DNA of 64,000 bases from an uncultured Candidatus Micrarchaeota archaeon (GCA_963800555.1 CAWDBH010000010.1:24765-88764), one strand, 5' to 3'. Counted from the first letter of the stretch, positions 18,700 to 27,843 are shown. Numbers and translations: made by a program. The notes: generated by a model from the letters alone, not told the origin.

Positions 18700-18846
18700 C
18701 GCAGTCAAAAAGGAGAATAGAAAAAACGGAAAGTAAAATAGAAAAAAGGGAGATTCGAAAAGAACCGTTCAAATAAAAAAGGGAAGTTGGAAAGAAACCG
18801 TAGGTTCTAATAAAAAGGAAGGTGAAAGGGAACCTTGGTTCCCTTT
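18700..18846 (-). terminator. tandem hairpin plus oligo-T terminator array downstream of aEF-2
   Basis: On the minus strand, the EF-2 stop is followed at once by hairpin AAGGGAACC/GGTTCCCTT (18826..18845) and then several T5-T6 tracts. These correspond to A-runs at 18812-16, 18775-80, 18742-47, 18721-26 and 18707-11 on the plus strand. Two weaker hairpins are also present. Confidence 0.55.
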
Positions 18847-21034
18847 ACTCCATGAAGAACGCCGCAGTCGGTGGGTCCGGCTTCTCGCCTTTCCTCTCCC
18901 TGATCTGCCTCACGACCTTCCCTACGAGTTCCTTCGGCATCGGGTGGTATCCTGCGTATTCCTGGTACCAGATGGCCCTGCCTTGGGTCACGCCTCGCAG
19001 ATCGTTCGCGAAACCGAACATCTCGGCAACAGGCAGCAGCGTCGTGATGACCGTGTTCTCGCCTTCCTGCTGCATGTCCAGGAGCTGTCCGCGCCTTCCG
19101 TTCGTGAGGGTGATGACCGCGCCCGCATATTCCTGCAGGGTGTTTATCAGCACCTTCTGCTTCGGTTCGAGGAGGCTGACTCCAGCCGTCAGCATAGCGG
19201 CGTAGATGGCCCTCTTCGCCGTGGGTATCATCTGTGCCGGTCCGCGGTGGATGTTGTCCTCGTGCAGGGTCGCATCGACGATCTTGACCTTGACGCCGCT
19301 CATCTTCTCTTTCGCGAGCGGGCCCTGGTCGAGGGCCTCTTCGAATCCCTGTATCATGAGTTCCTCGACCTCGTTCAGGTATTGGACACCTTTCGTGGCG
19401 TTGATGAAGACGCTCGCGTTATGGATATCGTAGATGGCTTTGGCATCCTCGCGGTCCATCCCGAGTTCGACGAGCTTCTCCCAGACTTCCCTCCCTTTCG
19501 GGCGTCCTTCCTTTATTGTGCCGTCCTGGATAGCCGCGATGATCGCCGGCTCCAATGGTTCCACGAACACCTTGATCTTGTTGTGCTTGTTCGGGGACTT
19601 CCCTTCGACCACCGGCGAGCCTGCGAGCAATGATTCGCGGTAGACTACAATCGGAGGCGACGTGATGATCGGCACCTTCTTCTCGTTCCTGATCTTGTAC
19701 TCGATGATCTCCAGGTGCAGCTCACCGTTGCCGCTGATCAGGTGCTCTCCCGTCTCGGCCAATGAGATCTTGATGGTCGGGTCTTCCTTCGAGATGGACC
19801 TGAGCGCTTCGATCAGCTTCGGGAGGTCCTTCTGCTCCTTGACCTCGATCGATTTGGTGATGACCGGCTCGGAGTAGTGCTTTATCTGCTCGAATGGCTC
19901 CATAGGCTCGAGCGATATCGTCTCTCCGACATACACGTCTTTGAGACCGACGACCGCACCGATGTTGCCCGCGCTGATCCAATTGGCAGCGACCCTGTCC
20001 GGGCCCATATATATGCCGACAGACTGGACTTTCGCATAGACCTTCTTGGATGAGATGTAGAGCTGGACTCCTTTCTCCACCTTTCCGGAGAAGAATCTGA
20101 TGACCGCGACCTCGCCTGCATGCTCGTCGTAAACGACACCGAAGCACACGCCGATCGGTTTGCCGTTCGGGTCGCAGGCCAGCATGCTCTTGCCGTACTC
20201 GGTCGTGAGGTCGCCGTGCTTCCAAAGGACCGGGATGCGGTATGGCTGCGCGACCTTCGGCGATGGGAGGTGCGTGATTATTATCTCGAGGAGCACATCG
20301 TCTAGCGGGCTCCTTTCGACCAGGTATTTGTGGTCTTCGGCGACGCACCTATCATACATCTCCTTGAACGTGATGCTGAACTTCTTCATCGATTTGATCG
20401 AGATCGCCCATTTGTTGTATGCCGTGCCGAATGCGACATTCCCCTTGTTGACATCGATCAGCCAGTCGTCCACCATCTCGGGCGGCGCGTTACCGGCGAT
20501 TATCTTGTTGACCTGGTTGATTATCTTGAGGAACCTCTGCTGCATGCCGTTGGAATCCAGCTTCAGTTCGTTGATGAGACGGTCTATCTTGTTGATGAAC
20601 AGGACCGGCTTAGCCCTCTCTTTGAGCGCCTGCCTCAGGTTCGTCTCGGTCTGGGGCATGACACCTTCGACCGCATCCACGACGAGGCAGATGCCATCTA
20701 CGGCGCGCATGGCACGGACGACGTGGAAACCGAAGTCGACGTGGCCCGGCGTGTCTATCAGGTTGATGAGGTGGTCCCTCCCTTCGAAGTTGAAGCTAAG
20801 GGAAACATCCGCCGACTTGATGGTGATTCCCCTCGCCTGCTCCTGCGGGTCGAAATCCGTCCATCTCTGCGCTCCTGCGAGCTCCTTGGATATCAGGCCT
20901 GCCCTGGCTATCAGCGAGTCGGTGAGCGTCGTCTTTCCGTGGTCTACGTGGGCCACGATAGCGACATTGCGGACATTCTCGATGTTCTCCATCATCTTCT
21001 GGACTTCTTCAACGACGAATTCCTTTCGTGCCAT
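18845..21034 (-). CDS. fusA: translation elongation factor aEF-2
   Basis: AHVDHGKTTLTD and DTPGHVDF GTPase motifs, 729 aa, full-length EF-2 architecture. Confidence 0.95.
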   Translation of the reverse strand: MARKEFVVEEVQKMMENIENVRNVAIVAHVDHGKTTLTDSLIARAGLISKELAGAQRWTDFDPQEQARGITIKSADVSLSFNFEGRDHLINLIDTPGHVDFGFHVVRAMRAVDGICLVVDAVEGVMPQTETNLRQALKERAKPVLFINKIDRLINELKLDSNGMQQRFLKIINQVNKIIAGNAPPEMVDDWLIDVNKGNVAFGTAYNKWAISIKSMKKFSITFKEMYDRCVAEDHKYLVERSPLDDVLLEIIITHLPSPKVAQPYRIPVLWKHGDLTTEYGKSMLACDPNGKPIGVCFGVVYDEHAGEVAVIRFFSGKVEKGVQLYISSKKVYAKVQSVGIYMGPDRVAANWISAGNIGAVVGLKDVYVGETISLEPMEPFEQIKHYSEPVITKSIEVKEQKDLPKLIEALRSISKEDPTIKISLAETGEHLISGNGELHLEIIEYKIRNEKKVPIITSPPIVVYRESLLAGSPVVEGKSPNKHNKIKVFVEPLEPAIIAAIQDGTIKEGRPKGREVWEKLVELGMDREDAKAIYDIHNASVFINATKGVQYLNEVEELMIQGFEEALDQGPLAKEKMSGVKVKIVDATLHEDNIHRGPAQMIPTAKRAIYAAMLTAGVSLLEPKQKVLINTLQEYAGAVITLTNGRRGQLLDMQQEGENTVITTLLPVAEMFGFANDLRGVTQGRAIWYQEYAGYHPMPKELVGKVVRQIRERKGEKPDPPTAAFFME

Positions 21035-21215
21035 ATATACACCTAAGCTGGACTAGATTCTATAGACTCTAGTAGTAGTGGTGTGAATGAGGTTGGAAAA
21101 GAATATAAATATAGGCAACTGGTGGTTCCTGCATCTTATGCTGAAATATGTCTGGTCGAATCCCTTTTAGGTCCCGCCCGCAACAATATGGATTTCATTT
21201 AAATACCCGCTGTGT

Positions 21216-22163
21216 ATGCCATTCATGACTGAAAACTCGATGCTCGTCATAGGGATAATCGCATTGGTGCTCATCACGGCTGGCCTGACCTATTATATCG
21301 TCAAAGTCAGCACCCTTGCCGTTCCGCCGCTGAACGTCAGCGGGCAACCTCCTACGATAACCGTCACCGGAGAGGCGTCTAGAAGCGTGACCCCGGATCT
21401 GATGACCGTAGGGCTGACGATAAGCACAATGGGATCGGATACCGCCGCTTCGCAGTCGAAGAACGCCGTAGAAGCCGCCAGCGTCAAAGCGGCGTTGCTC
21501 GCCTCCGGAGTGAACGAATCAGAGATCCAGACAGTCTCATATAATACGTATCCGGTTTACAACGAATCCTGCTCTTCATGCTATTCACAGCCATATTATA
21601 CCTATGGAACCAATTCCGGCGGCGTGGAAATCCCTGCAAACAGCGCTTCTCCGCCGACCGTATCCGGTTCAGCCTCAGGCGGAGTCGCCTCTTCCGGAGT
21701 GATCGTATCTCCCGGATACCCATCGATGGTCCCGCCCTATCCCTGCGTAAATAACTGTTCCATCGTCGCATACGAGACATCCAATTCCATCATGATAAAG
21801 AACGGGAAGACCGGGGATGGCGGCAAATATATCGAAGCCGCGCTCAACGCTTCGAATTGGACATCCGTGGATTATGTGTATTTCTCGCTCAGCGATGCGG
21901 CAAGCATCTCTGTGGATTCGGAGCTCCAGGCAGAAGCTGCGTCAAACGCCAAAACTACCGCAGAGAGCATCGCCAACGGCCTTGGCGCGCATCTCGGGAA
22001 CATAGTATCTGTAAACCCGAGCTACCCGTTCCCCTATCCTGTCTACGCCTATCAATCGGCGAACTCCGGAACCGCCGCGCCAGCCGCTCCGCCGACCGAT
22101 ATCTTCCCGACGACAACGGATATGAGCGGCTCGATCACGGTCGTGTATGCGCTGGTGCAATAA
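21216..22163 (+). CDS. SIMPL/DUF541-domain secreted protein
   Basis: N-terminal TM, then TITVTGEASRSVTPDLMTVGLTIST (DUF541-type start) and C-terminal GSITVVYALVQ. A Ser/Gly/Pro-rich insertion lies in the middle. Confidence 0.6.
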   Translation: MPFMTENSMLVIGIIALVLITAGLTYYIVKVSTLAVPPLNVSGQPPTITVTGEASRSVTPDLMTVGLTISTMGSDTAASQSKNAVEAASVKAALLASGVNESEIQTVSYNTYPVYNESCSSCYSQPYYTYGTNSGGVEIPANSASPPTVSGSASGGVASSGVIVSPGYPSMVPPYPCVNNCSIVAYETSNSIMIKNGKTGDGGKYIEAALNASNWTSVDYVYFSLSDAASISVDSELQAEAASNAKTTAESIANGLGAHLGNIVSVNPSYPFPYPVYAYQSANSGTAAPAAPPTDIFPTTTDMSGSITVVYALVQ

Positions 22164-22177
22164 GCGCCTTCGGCGGA

Positions 22178-22543
22178 TCAGTCTCCCGCGTAACAGACGA
22201 CTGCCGAAACCTCACTCCTATTACGGTTCATGAAGGCACCGACGCAAACGAATCCGATCAGCGCTCCCGAAGCGCAGCAGCCCGAAGACGGATTGGTTGC
22301 GCTTTTGCAGCAGTCCTGCTGCTGCTCGCAGCTCATCGCGGAATTCCAGTCCGAGCTATCCGTCACCGAGCACGTCTGATCCGAATAGGAGTAAGTCCCC
22401 CCCACACCTTGGCAGCACTGCGCGGCGCATTGGGAATCCTCCACCTGGCCCGAAGGGCAGGAGAACGTTCCCAGATCGCTTCCCTGGGCAAAAGCCATAC
22501 TAGCGAATAATCCCACGATCAGACAAAGGAATATTTTCATCAT
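22178..22543 (-). CDS. Cys-rich secreted protein with C-terminal hydrophobic anchor (family member 1)
   Basis: Signal peptide MMKIFLCLIVGLFASMAFAQG, module CAAQCCQGVGGTYSYSDQTCS, and C-terminus SGCCASGALIGFVCVGAFMNRNR. Start set at MMKIF inside ORF 22178..22612. Confidence 0.6.
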   Translation of the reverse strand: MMKIFLCLIVGLFASMAFAQGSDLGTFSCPSGQVEDSQCAAQCCQGVGGTYSYSDQTCSVTDSSDWNSAMSCEQQQDCCKSATNPSSGCCASGALIGFVCVGAFMNRNRSEVSAVVCYAGD

Positions 22544-22882
22544 AATCCCGATAAGCCTGATGATACGATATTTATAATGCGCTAGGCCCGGGAAAAATAG
22601 AGCGAGCGACAAGAAATGAATCGCCTTCCACGGAAGGGATAACTGCCATCCGGTTGGACCCGAAAGACGCGGATGATTGGCTTTGGCGCCGAGAAGACGG
22701 ATCGAAATGCTTACTGTCTGGGCGGAACCGGAATCCCGTTCGGCCAGAGGCGGGCTCCTTGGTCCGGTACATGGTGCGTCGTCCTTCCTTGGAAGATGAC
22801 ATTACCAGCGCATGTTCGGATTTCATGTTGATGTTGTTGTATGAAAAATAAGGCGGGGAAGAACGAACCTTGTTTCCGCATA

Positions 22883-23380
22883 TCAATGATTTTTATCAGA
22901 GTTTTTGATAGTCACGATTACTGTTTCTGGTTTCGGACCTTTTTCTGCCTTAATGGAAAATGCAACATCCGGTTCCCCGAACGTTCTTGTTTCCCCGAAG
23001 TTTATTCTAATCGGCTTGGAACGCAGCAGATGTCCGCTCGTGGATATCTTGACTTCGGTGCCGACCTCGATTCCCTTGCCATCAACCTTTGTGACTTTCA
23101 TGGCAAAACCATTAGACTCTTCTGTCAGTATCGGATCGCCGGCTTTGAGCGGGGTTTTGTTTGCTTTGCAAATTCGTTGACCAGATGAAAAACGGCAGTC
23201 AAGCTTGGCTTGGGTGGCTTCCTGCTTCCCGGAACCAGATGCGCCCTGAGGACTTGCCTGTGCTGGACCGAGCAGGACTAATCCGCAGGCCAGAACCGCT
23301 CCAAGCGCGAATGCACGCGGCTTTGCCGCGCTCGACTTCAAGTCCATTCTTCGCTTGGCATCGTCATGTTTCAGCTTCAT
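22883..23380 (-). CDS. hypothetical secreted protein
   Basis: Signal-like FALGAVLACGLVLLGPAQA followed by a beta-rich region. No recognised family. Confidence 0.5.
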   Translation of the reverse strand: MKLKHDDAKRRMDLKSSAAKPRAFALGAVLACGLVLLGPAQASPQGASGSGKQEATQAKLDCRFSSGQRICKANKTPLKAGDPILTEESNGFAMKVTKVDGKGIEVGTEVKISTSGHLLRSKPIRINFGETRTFGEPDVAFSIKAEKGPKPETVIVTIKNSDKNH

Positions 23381-23744
23381 TTTCCCATCTGCAGGTATTG
23401 TTTAGTACAACAAATGATAAAGATAAAAATGTTTTTAATGATGCTGCTGGGAGCGACTACGACATGGCGGAACGGCTCAAAGAGGCTGGCTGAAGGGACG
23501 GCTGGCACGGGTCCGGTCTTGTCCGAGAGGGAGATAGGAGTGGCACCGGACCGCGCGCGGGATCCGTATAGGGGAAATGAAGTTTTGGATTACGCACGGC
23601 GTGTGCCTCCATTTATTGCGCTATGCAAGATACTGGATGCACACTGGAGTACGGAACCTAAAAAGCAGAAGTTTGGCCGCAAAAACGCGCATTTGTCGTG
23701 GATTATGGCCCTCCGCATACGGGGGCGAGCAACAATAAGTGTAT

Positions 23745-23906
23745 CGCCCTCGACGGGATTTGAACCCGCCCATCAACCTTTCCCTACTGCGACCTTTCTT
23801 TCCGATGCGCTCATGTATCTCAAAATTCCTTTTTTTGAGCGCGGCTTTTTTCGGGAAAAAGGCGCAATCGGAGGGTTGCGTCCTATCCAGGCTAGACTAC
23901 GAGGGC
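23745..23906 (-). tRNA. tRNA-Arg(CCG) with ~88-nt intron at the canonical 37/38 position
   Basis: Minus strand: GCCCTCG TA GTCT AGCCTGGATA GGAC G CAACC CTCCGA[intron]A GGTTG ATGG GCGGG TTCAAAT CCCGT CGAGGGC G. All four stems pair. CCA is not encoded. Confidence 0.85.
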
Positions 23907-23954
23907 TTGAAACCGATTCAGCCAAGGACAATATATAAAACTGCAGGGCGGCAG

Positions 23955-24275
23955 ATGAACGCCTATTATATATTTAAGCCGCTTAATCGCGGCATGAAAA
24001 CTTTCAGTATGAATGTCCCGTACGCGGAAAAGGCCAGCCGGCTGGAGCTCATTATACGGTTTTTATGGAGCATCCCAGTATTGATCGTCACGATAATATT
24101 TAGCATCATCTGGTGCATAGCTTGGTTACTGCAATTCCTGCACATCCTAGTATTCGGCAAGAGGAACAGGACTTTGCACGACTGGCTTCTCAAATACGTC
24201 GTCTACAGCACGCAATATACCGTTTATATAAGCCTGCTCACTGACGAAAGGGACCCGATCCTGCCGGAAAGCTGA
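23955..24275 (+). CDS. DUF4389-family small membrane protein
   Basis: YAEKASRLELIIRFLWSIPVLIVTIIF...FGKRNRTLHDWLLKYVVYSTQYTVYISLLTDERDP fits the DUF4389 pattern as I recall it. The upstream part of ORF 23739.. overlaps the tRNA and was discarded. The start is uncertain (23955, 23994 or 24009). Confidence 0.55.
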   Translation: MNAYYIFKPLNRGMKTFSMNVPYAEKASRLELIIRFLWSIPVLIVTIIFSIIWCIAWLLQFLHILVFGKRNRTLHDWLLKYVVYSTQYTVYISLLTDERDPILPES

Positions 24276-24291
24276 GACCTGAAGGGATTGC

Positions 24292-24939
24292 ATGCGCACG
24301 CTGCTCGCTTTGCTCGCCATCTCGTTGCTCAGTCTATACGCTTGCGTAGGAATGCAAGGTCCAATCCAGCTCAATGGCACCGAGGTGCGAGAATACAATG
24401 GCACCAATCTCTCACCCATCAATGGCGTCTATGAGAACGCCATCAAAGGGACCCAGTATATCGACCAGAACACTTATCAGCTGAAGATGACGGGATTGGT
24501 GGCGCATCCTCAAGCATACACCTATAGCCAGGTCCTTGGCCACCAGCATTACACGAAAGTGGTGGAAATAGATTGCGTGGAGGGCTGGAACGCGACAATA
24601 CTCTGGGAAGGCGTGCTGGTGAAAGACCTGATCAATGAAGCCGGCCCGGAACCCAGCGCCAACACGGTCATCTTCAAGGCCTCTGACAATTACACGACGT
24701 CATTCCCGCTATCGTATGTCGAAGACAATGACATCATTATGGCCTACAAGATGAACAACGTCACCCTCCCGCCAGAACAGGGATTCCCGTTCATGCTCGT
24801 GGCCGAAAGCAAATGGGGCTACAAATGGATCAAGTGGATAACCGAGATCGAGCTGTCGAACGACACCAGTTACCAAGGATACTGGGAAAGCAGAGGCTAT
24901 TCTGATTCTGGAAACCTGAACGACACATTTATCAAGTAA
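24292..24939 (+). CDS. molybdopterin-binding oxidoreductase domain protein (sulfite oxidase/MsrP-like), lipoprotein-type signal
   Basis: VVEIDCVEGWNATILWEGVLVKDL and GFPFMLVAESKWGYKWIKWITEIEL. N-terminal LLSLYAC lipobox-like signal. Confidence 0.65.
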   Translation: MRTLLALLAISLLSLYACVGMQGPIQLNGTEVREYNGTNLSPINGVYENAIKGTQYIDQNTYQLKMTGLVAHPQAYTYSQVLGHQHYTKVVEIDCVEGWNATILWEGVLVKDLINEAGPEPSANTVIFKASDNYTTSFPLSYVEDNDIIMAYKMNNVTLPPEQGFPFMLVAESKWGYKWIKWITEIELSNDTSYQGYWESRGYSDSGNLNDTFIK

Positions 24940-24961
24940 TCACGAAGAAGGGTAGGGAGGG

Positions 24962-25447
24962 ATGTCTATGCGCATGATGCTCGTTTTGGTCTTGGTGCTG
25001 TTCATGGGTTCGGTCATCTTCGCCGCTCAAAGCGACATAAAAGCGGAAGCGTATGCATGCAAGGAGCAATGCTGCGTAGACAACGGTGGGACCTATGATT
25101 CTTCGACCACCGTCTGCTCGGACTCGGCCGATGCGAGCGGCGCGTGCATCGATGATTGCTATTCCCAATCGATCATCACCGCCGCAGAGCAGTCTGGAAA
25201 ATCCTCTTCAGAAGCCAACTCGCTGGCAGACCAGGATACGCAGTGCATGAGGGACTGCTGCGGGTCGGCTGGTGGGACATTGGATAGCGATAACTTCTGC
25301 AACGGGGATCGTCCTGATGGGGACTTGGGCGGTTGCTACAAGGACTGCTTCGATTCAACCTTGGATAAAGCATCGGCAGGCTCAAGCTGCTGCGCCCCGT
25401 CCTTTCTTCTGCTAGCGATTATCATCGGCGCTTTCATCAGGAGATAA
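24962..25447 (+). CDS. Cys-rich secreted protein with C-terminal hydrophobic anchor (family member 2)
   Basis: Signal peptide, modules CKEQCCVDNGGTYDSSTTVCS and CMRDCCGSAGGTLDSDNFCN, and C-terminus SSCCAPSFLLLAIIIGAFIRR. Confidence 0.65.
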   Translation: MSMRMMLVLVLVLFMGSVIFAAQSDIKAEAYACKEQCCVDNGGTYDSSTTVCSDSADASGACIDDCYSQSIITAAEQSGKSSSEANSLADQDTQCMRDCCGSAGGTLDSDNFCNGDRPDGDLGGCYKDCFDSTLDKASAGSSCCAPSFLLLAIIIGAFIRR

Positions 25448-25511
25448 TCTGGGGAATCGGTTTATTCATGCTCTCAAAATCAGGAATAAAATATAAGATA
25501 AAATAAAAAAT

Positions 25512-26117
25512 TTACCTGGCGCTTCTCGACATGCGTTCGGTCTCGTCGCGTTTCTTTATCGCGTACGATGCCTGCATATCGCCTTTGGCCGTGGACATTA
25601 TCTCGTCCGCGAGGGCCTTGGAGAGCGTCTTCGGCTTGTTGAACGCGCCCATCAGGGCCGCGAGGGCCATGTTGCGCAGTGCCATATCGAGCCTCCTCGT
25701 AGCGGATATGTCGACCGCTATCTGGTAGCTCACACCGCCGTGCGACACCCTGGTCACGTCTTCGCGGGGCGCGGCGTTCTCGAGCGCTCGTATCAGGACC
25801 TGGACCGGGTTCTCCTTGGTCTCGGCCTCGACTATCGCGAACGCTTCCTCCACAACGCGGAGCGCATGGAGCTTCTTGCCCTGCATGCGGCCGTGCGTCC
25901 TGATGACCTTGCCCGAGGTCTTCTCGCCGGTTCCGCCCCTCATGAGCTTGTTCGCGAGGCGTTCGACCACGTTGACCTGGGTCTTTCCCAGCCCTTTCTT
26001 GACGTGCCTCCCGAATGTGTGCGGCACGAGCAATGGCTTGAGCGAGACGGTCTGGGCTATGCTCAGATCCTTGATCTGGATGTTCTCCAGAGAGTATTTT
26101 CCGAAAAGCTTGTCCAT
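25512..26117 (-). CDS. rps7: 30S ribosomal protein uS7
   Basis: VERLANKLMRGGTGEKTSGKV...NAAPREDVTRVSHGGVSYQIAVDISATRR. Directly downstream of uS12. Confidence 0.9.
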   Translation of the reverse strand: MDKLFGKYSLENIQIKDLSIAQTVSLKPLLVPHTFGRHVKKGLGKTQVNVVERLANKLMRGGTGEKTSGKVIRTHGRMQGKKLHALRVVEEAFAIVEAETKENPVQVLIRALENAAPREDVTRVSHGGVSYQIAVDISATRRLDMALRNMALAALMGAFNKPKTLSKALADEIMSTAKGDMQASYAIKKRDETERMSRSAR

Positions 26118-26121
26118 CAGA

Positions 26122-26550
26122 TTACCTCTTGGGTTTCTCCTTCCTGCCTCTTCTCAGCATCTGGAGATCCGTGTTGTTGACCGCGATTATCTTGTAGCGC
26201 ACACCAGGTATCGAACCCATCTGGCCTCTCTGGGAACCTCCCAGGCCGGCTATGATGACTTCGTCGTGCTCATCGATGAAGCTTATCGCCTTGTCTCTGA
26301 CCGCATGGGCGCTGACGACCTTGCCGTTTTTCAACAGCTGGACCTTAGCGCATTTGATGAGGCCCGAGTGGGGCTGCTTCTGCTCGAGGACTATCTTCTC
26401 CAGGACGATTGCTTTCGCCTGTGGAGCGCCTTCGAGCGGGTCGAATTTCTCCTTCAACCTGAGTGTTCTCCTCTTCCATCGTTTGGAGAGCCATTTGTGC
26501 TTCTTGCGCATCCTTTGCATATTCCTTCCAGCAAATTCTCCGTTCGCCAT
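26122..26550 (-). CDS. rps12: 30S ribosomal protein uS12
   Basis: [46 protein letters not shown]...[13 protein letters not shown]. Confidence 0.9.
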   Translation of the reverse strand: MANGEFAGRNMQRMRKKHKWLSKRWKRRTLRLKEKFDPLEGAPQAKAIVLEKIVLEQKQPHSGLIKCAKVQLLKNGKVVSAHAVRDKAISFIDEHDEVIIAGLGGSQRGQMGSIPGVRYKIIAVNNTDLQMLRRGRKEKPKR

Positions 26551-26608
26551 TAATCCACCTAAGTAAGATAACTACTATCGAGTAGGGATTGAATCTTACT
26601 GAGAAGTA

Positions 26609-26616
26609 TTTATAAA
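26609..26616 (+). promoter_or_regulatory. putative TATA box (TTTATAAA) for the 26640 gene
   Basis: 8-mer centred about 27 nt upstream of ATG 26640, which implies a leaderless transcript. Confidence 0.45.
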
Positions 26617-26639
26617 TATACTGACCGGTTTCTGCCTAT

Positions 26640-27527
26640 ATGCCCCAAAAGACCAAGATGGCCGGTTTCTCGTTCTCCGAGACTGAGCTGGCGCCGATAC
26701 TCCTCATGCAGCAGGTGGCGCGGCAGGATATCGCCGTCCGGTCCTTCCAGGAGCAATCGGTCATGAATGAGCGCATCATGCAGCGCGGCGAGGAGCAGGC
26801 CTGGGTCATGGCGATCGCTTCAGCCGAAGCCGGGGAGAAGGCGAAGAATATCCGTTCCACGGAAGGGAAAGAGGTCCGCGATAGCACCACCTATACTATA
26901 ACATACTACAATCCCGAGACGCATAAGGCCGAGGTGCTCTCGGAGAAGAGCGACATCCGCATCAAGGATGAAACCACAAAGAGCATCGAGGAATCCGTGG
27001 CGTCCCAATCATTGTATCCGATATACAGGTATATCGGTTTCCCGCTCATGAAGACTGAGGTGGTGCCCTGGAAGCTCGAGCAGATACTCTCAGAGCGGGA
27101 TTATGGGACGCCTCCGCCCAGCGGCGGCGCGTCTGTCGTTCCGGTCAAGCTGGTGGCGCTAAAGGAGAGCGAGATCGCGGCGCAGAAGAAGCTCGAGGAG
27201 AATGTGAGGTCCGCGCTCGAGATATCTATCGTCAGGAAAGAGAAGAGCGAGATCAAGCTGGGCGAAGAGATAATGGTTATGGAAGAGGCGGTGGAATTGC
27301 TGCGCAGGGGAGAGGATATAGACAAGGTGCTATCCCGGCTCCCCCCGCTGTCTCGCATGCGTTACATACTCCTCCTGAGGAAGAGGAAAGTCCCGGTGCA
27401 GATAATCATCCGCATGATGCAGCGTGAAGCGGAGTTCCTCAAGTCCTCCAAGAAGAAGCTCTCGTTTTTCAGCACCGACGACCTGGTCAGCATGCTGAAG
27501 GCCCTCCGCGCCGTGCAGAAAAAATAA
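26640..27527 (+). CDS. hypothetical protein
   Basis: 295-aa ORF, charged and coiled-coil-like C-terminal half. No recognised motif. Confidence 0.5.
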   Translation: MPQKTKMAGFSFSETELAPILLMQQVARQDIAVRSFQEQSVMNERIMQRGEEQAWVMAIASAEAGEKAKNIRSTEGKEVRDSTTYTITYYNPETHKAEVLSEKSDIRIKDETTKSIEESVASQSLYPIYRYIGFPLMKTEVVPWKLEQILSERDYGTPPPSGGASVVPVKLVALKESEIAAQKKLEENVRSALEISIVRKEKSEIKLGEEIMVMEEAVELLRRGEDIDKVLSRLPPLSRMRYILLLRKRKVPVQIIIRMMQREAEFLKSSKKKLSFFSTDDLVSMLKALRAVQKK

Positions 27528-27560
27528 TGGCTCACGCTGTTTATGGTGATGATACTGCGA

Positions 27561-27713
27561 TTACTTCTTGGCCCGGATTTCCCTTCTCTTGGGCCTCATG
27601 TACGGGGAGCCGCATTTCCTGCATTTATCGACGTTCTTGCTGTTTCTGCTCTTGCACTTGCGGCAGATCATTACCTTGGCGAGTCTTGCGTCTCCTTCTG
27701 GAAATTTTCCCAT
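27561..27713 (-). CDS. rpl40e: 50S ribosomal protein eL40
   Basis: Manual minus-strand translation gives MGKFPEGDARLAKVMICRKCKSRNSKNVDKCRKCGSPYMRPKRREIRAKK*. This is 50 aa with a CxxC...CxxC zinc ribbon typical of eL40. It falls below the ORF-track length cut-off. Confidence 0.8.
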   Translation of the reverse strand: MGKFPEGDARLAKVMICRKCKSRNSKNVDKCRKCGSPYMRPKRREIRAKK

Positions 27714-27843
27714 TTGCTTAACACCTTAATTAGCGTGATTTATGGATATTGGATACCATACTATTAAAAACCGTGCCCTGCTCTCGACGACAGGATCAAT
27801 GCCATTATGCAACAATTATATTGCTTCTCGGAGCAGTCATTGC

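Noticed and set aside
20160-21056. 298-aa and 238-aa plus-strand ORFs within the EF-2 locus
   Set aside because: They are antisense or shadow ORFs of the full-length aEF-2 gene.
23366-23938. 190-aa plus-strand ORF and the 5' part of ORF 23739..24275
   Set aside because: They overlap the intron-containing tRNA-Arg on the opposite strand. Only the DUF4389-like 3' part (from ~23955) looks like a real gene.
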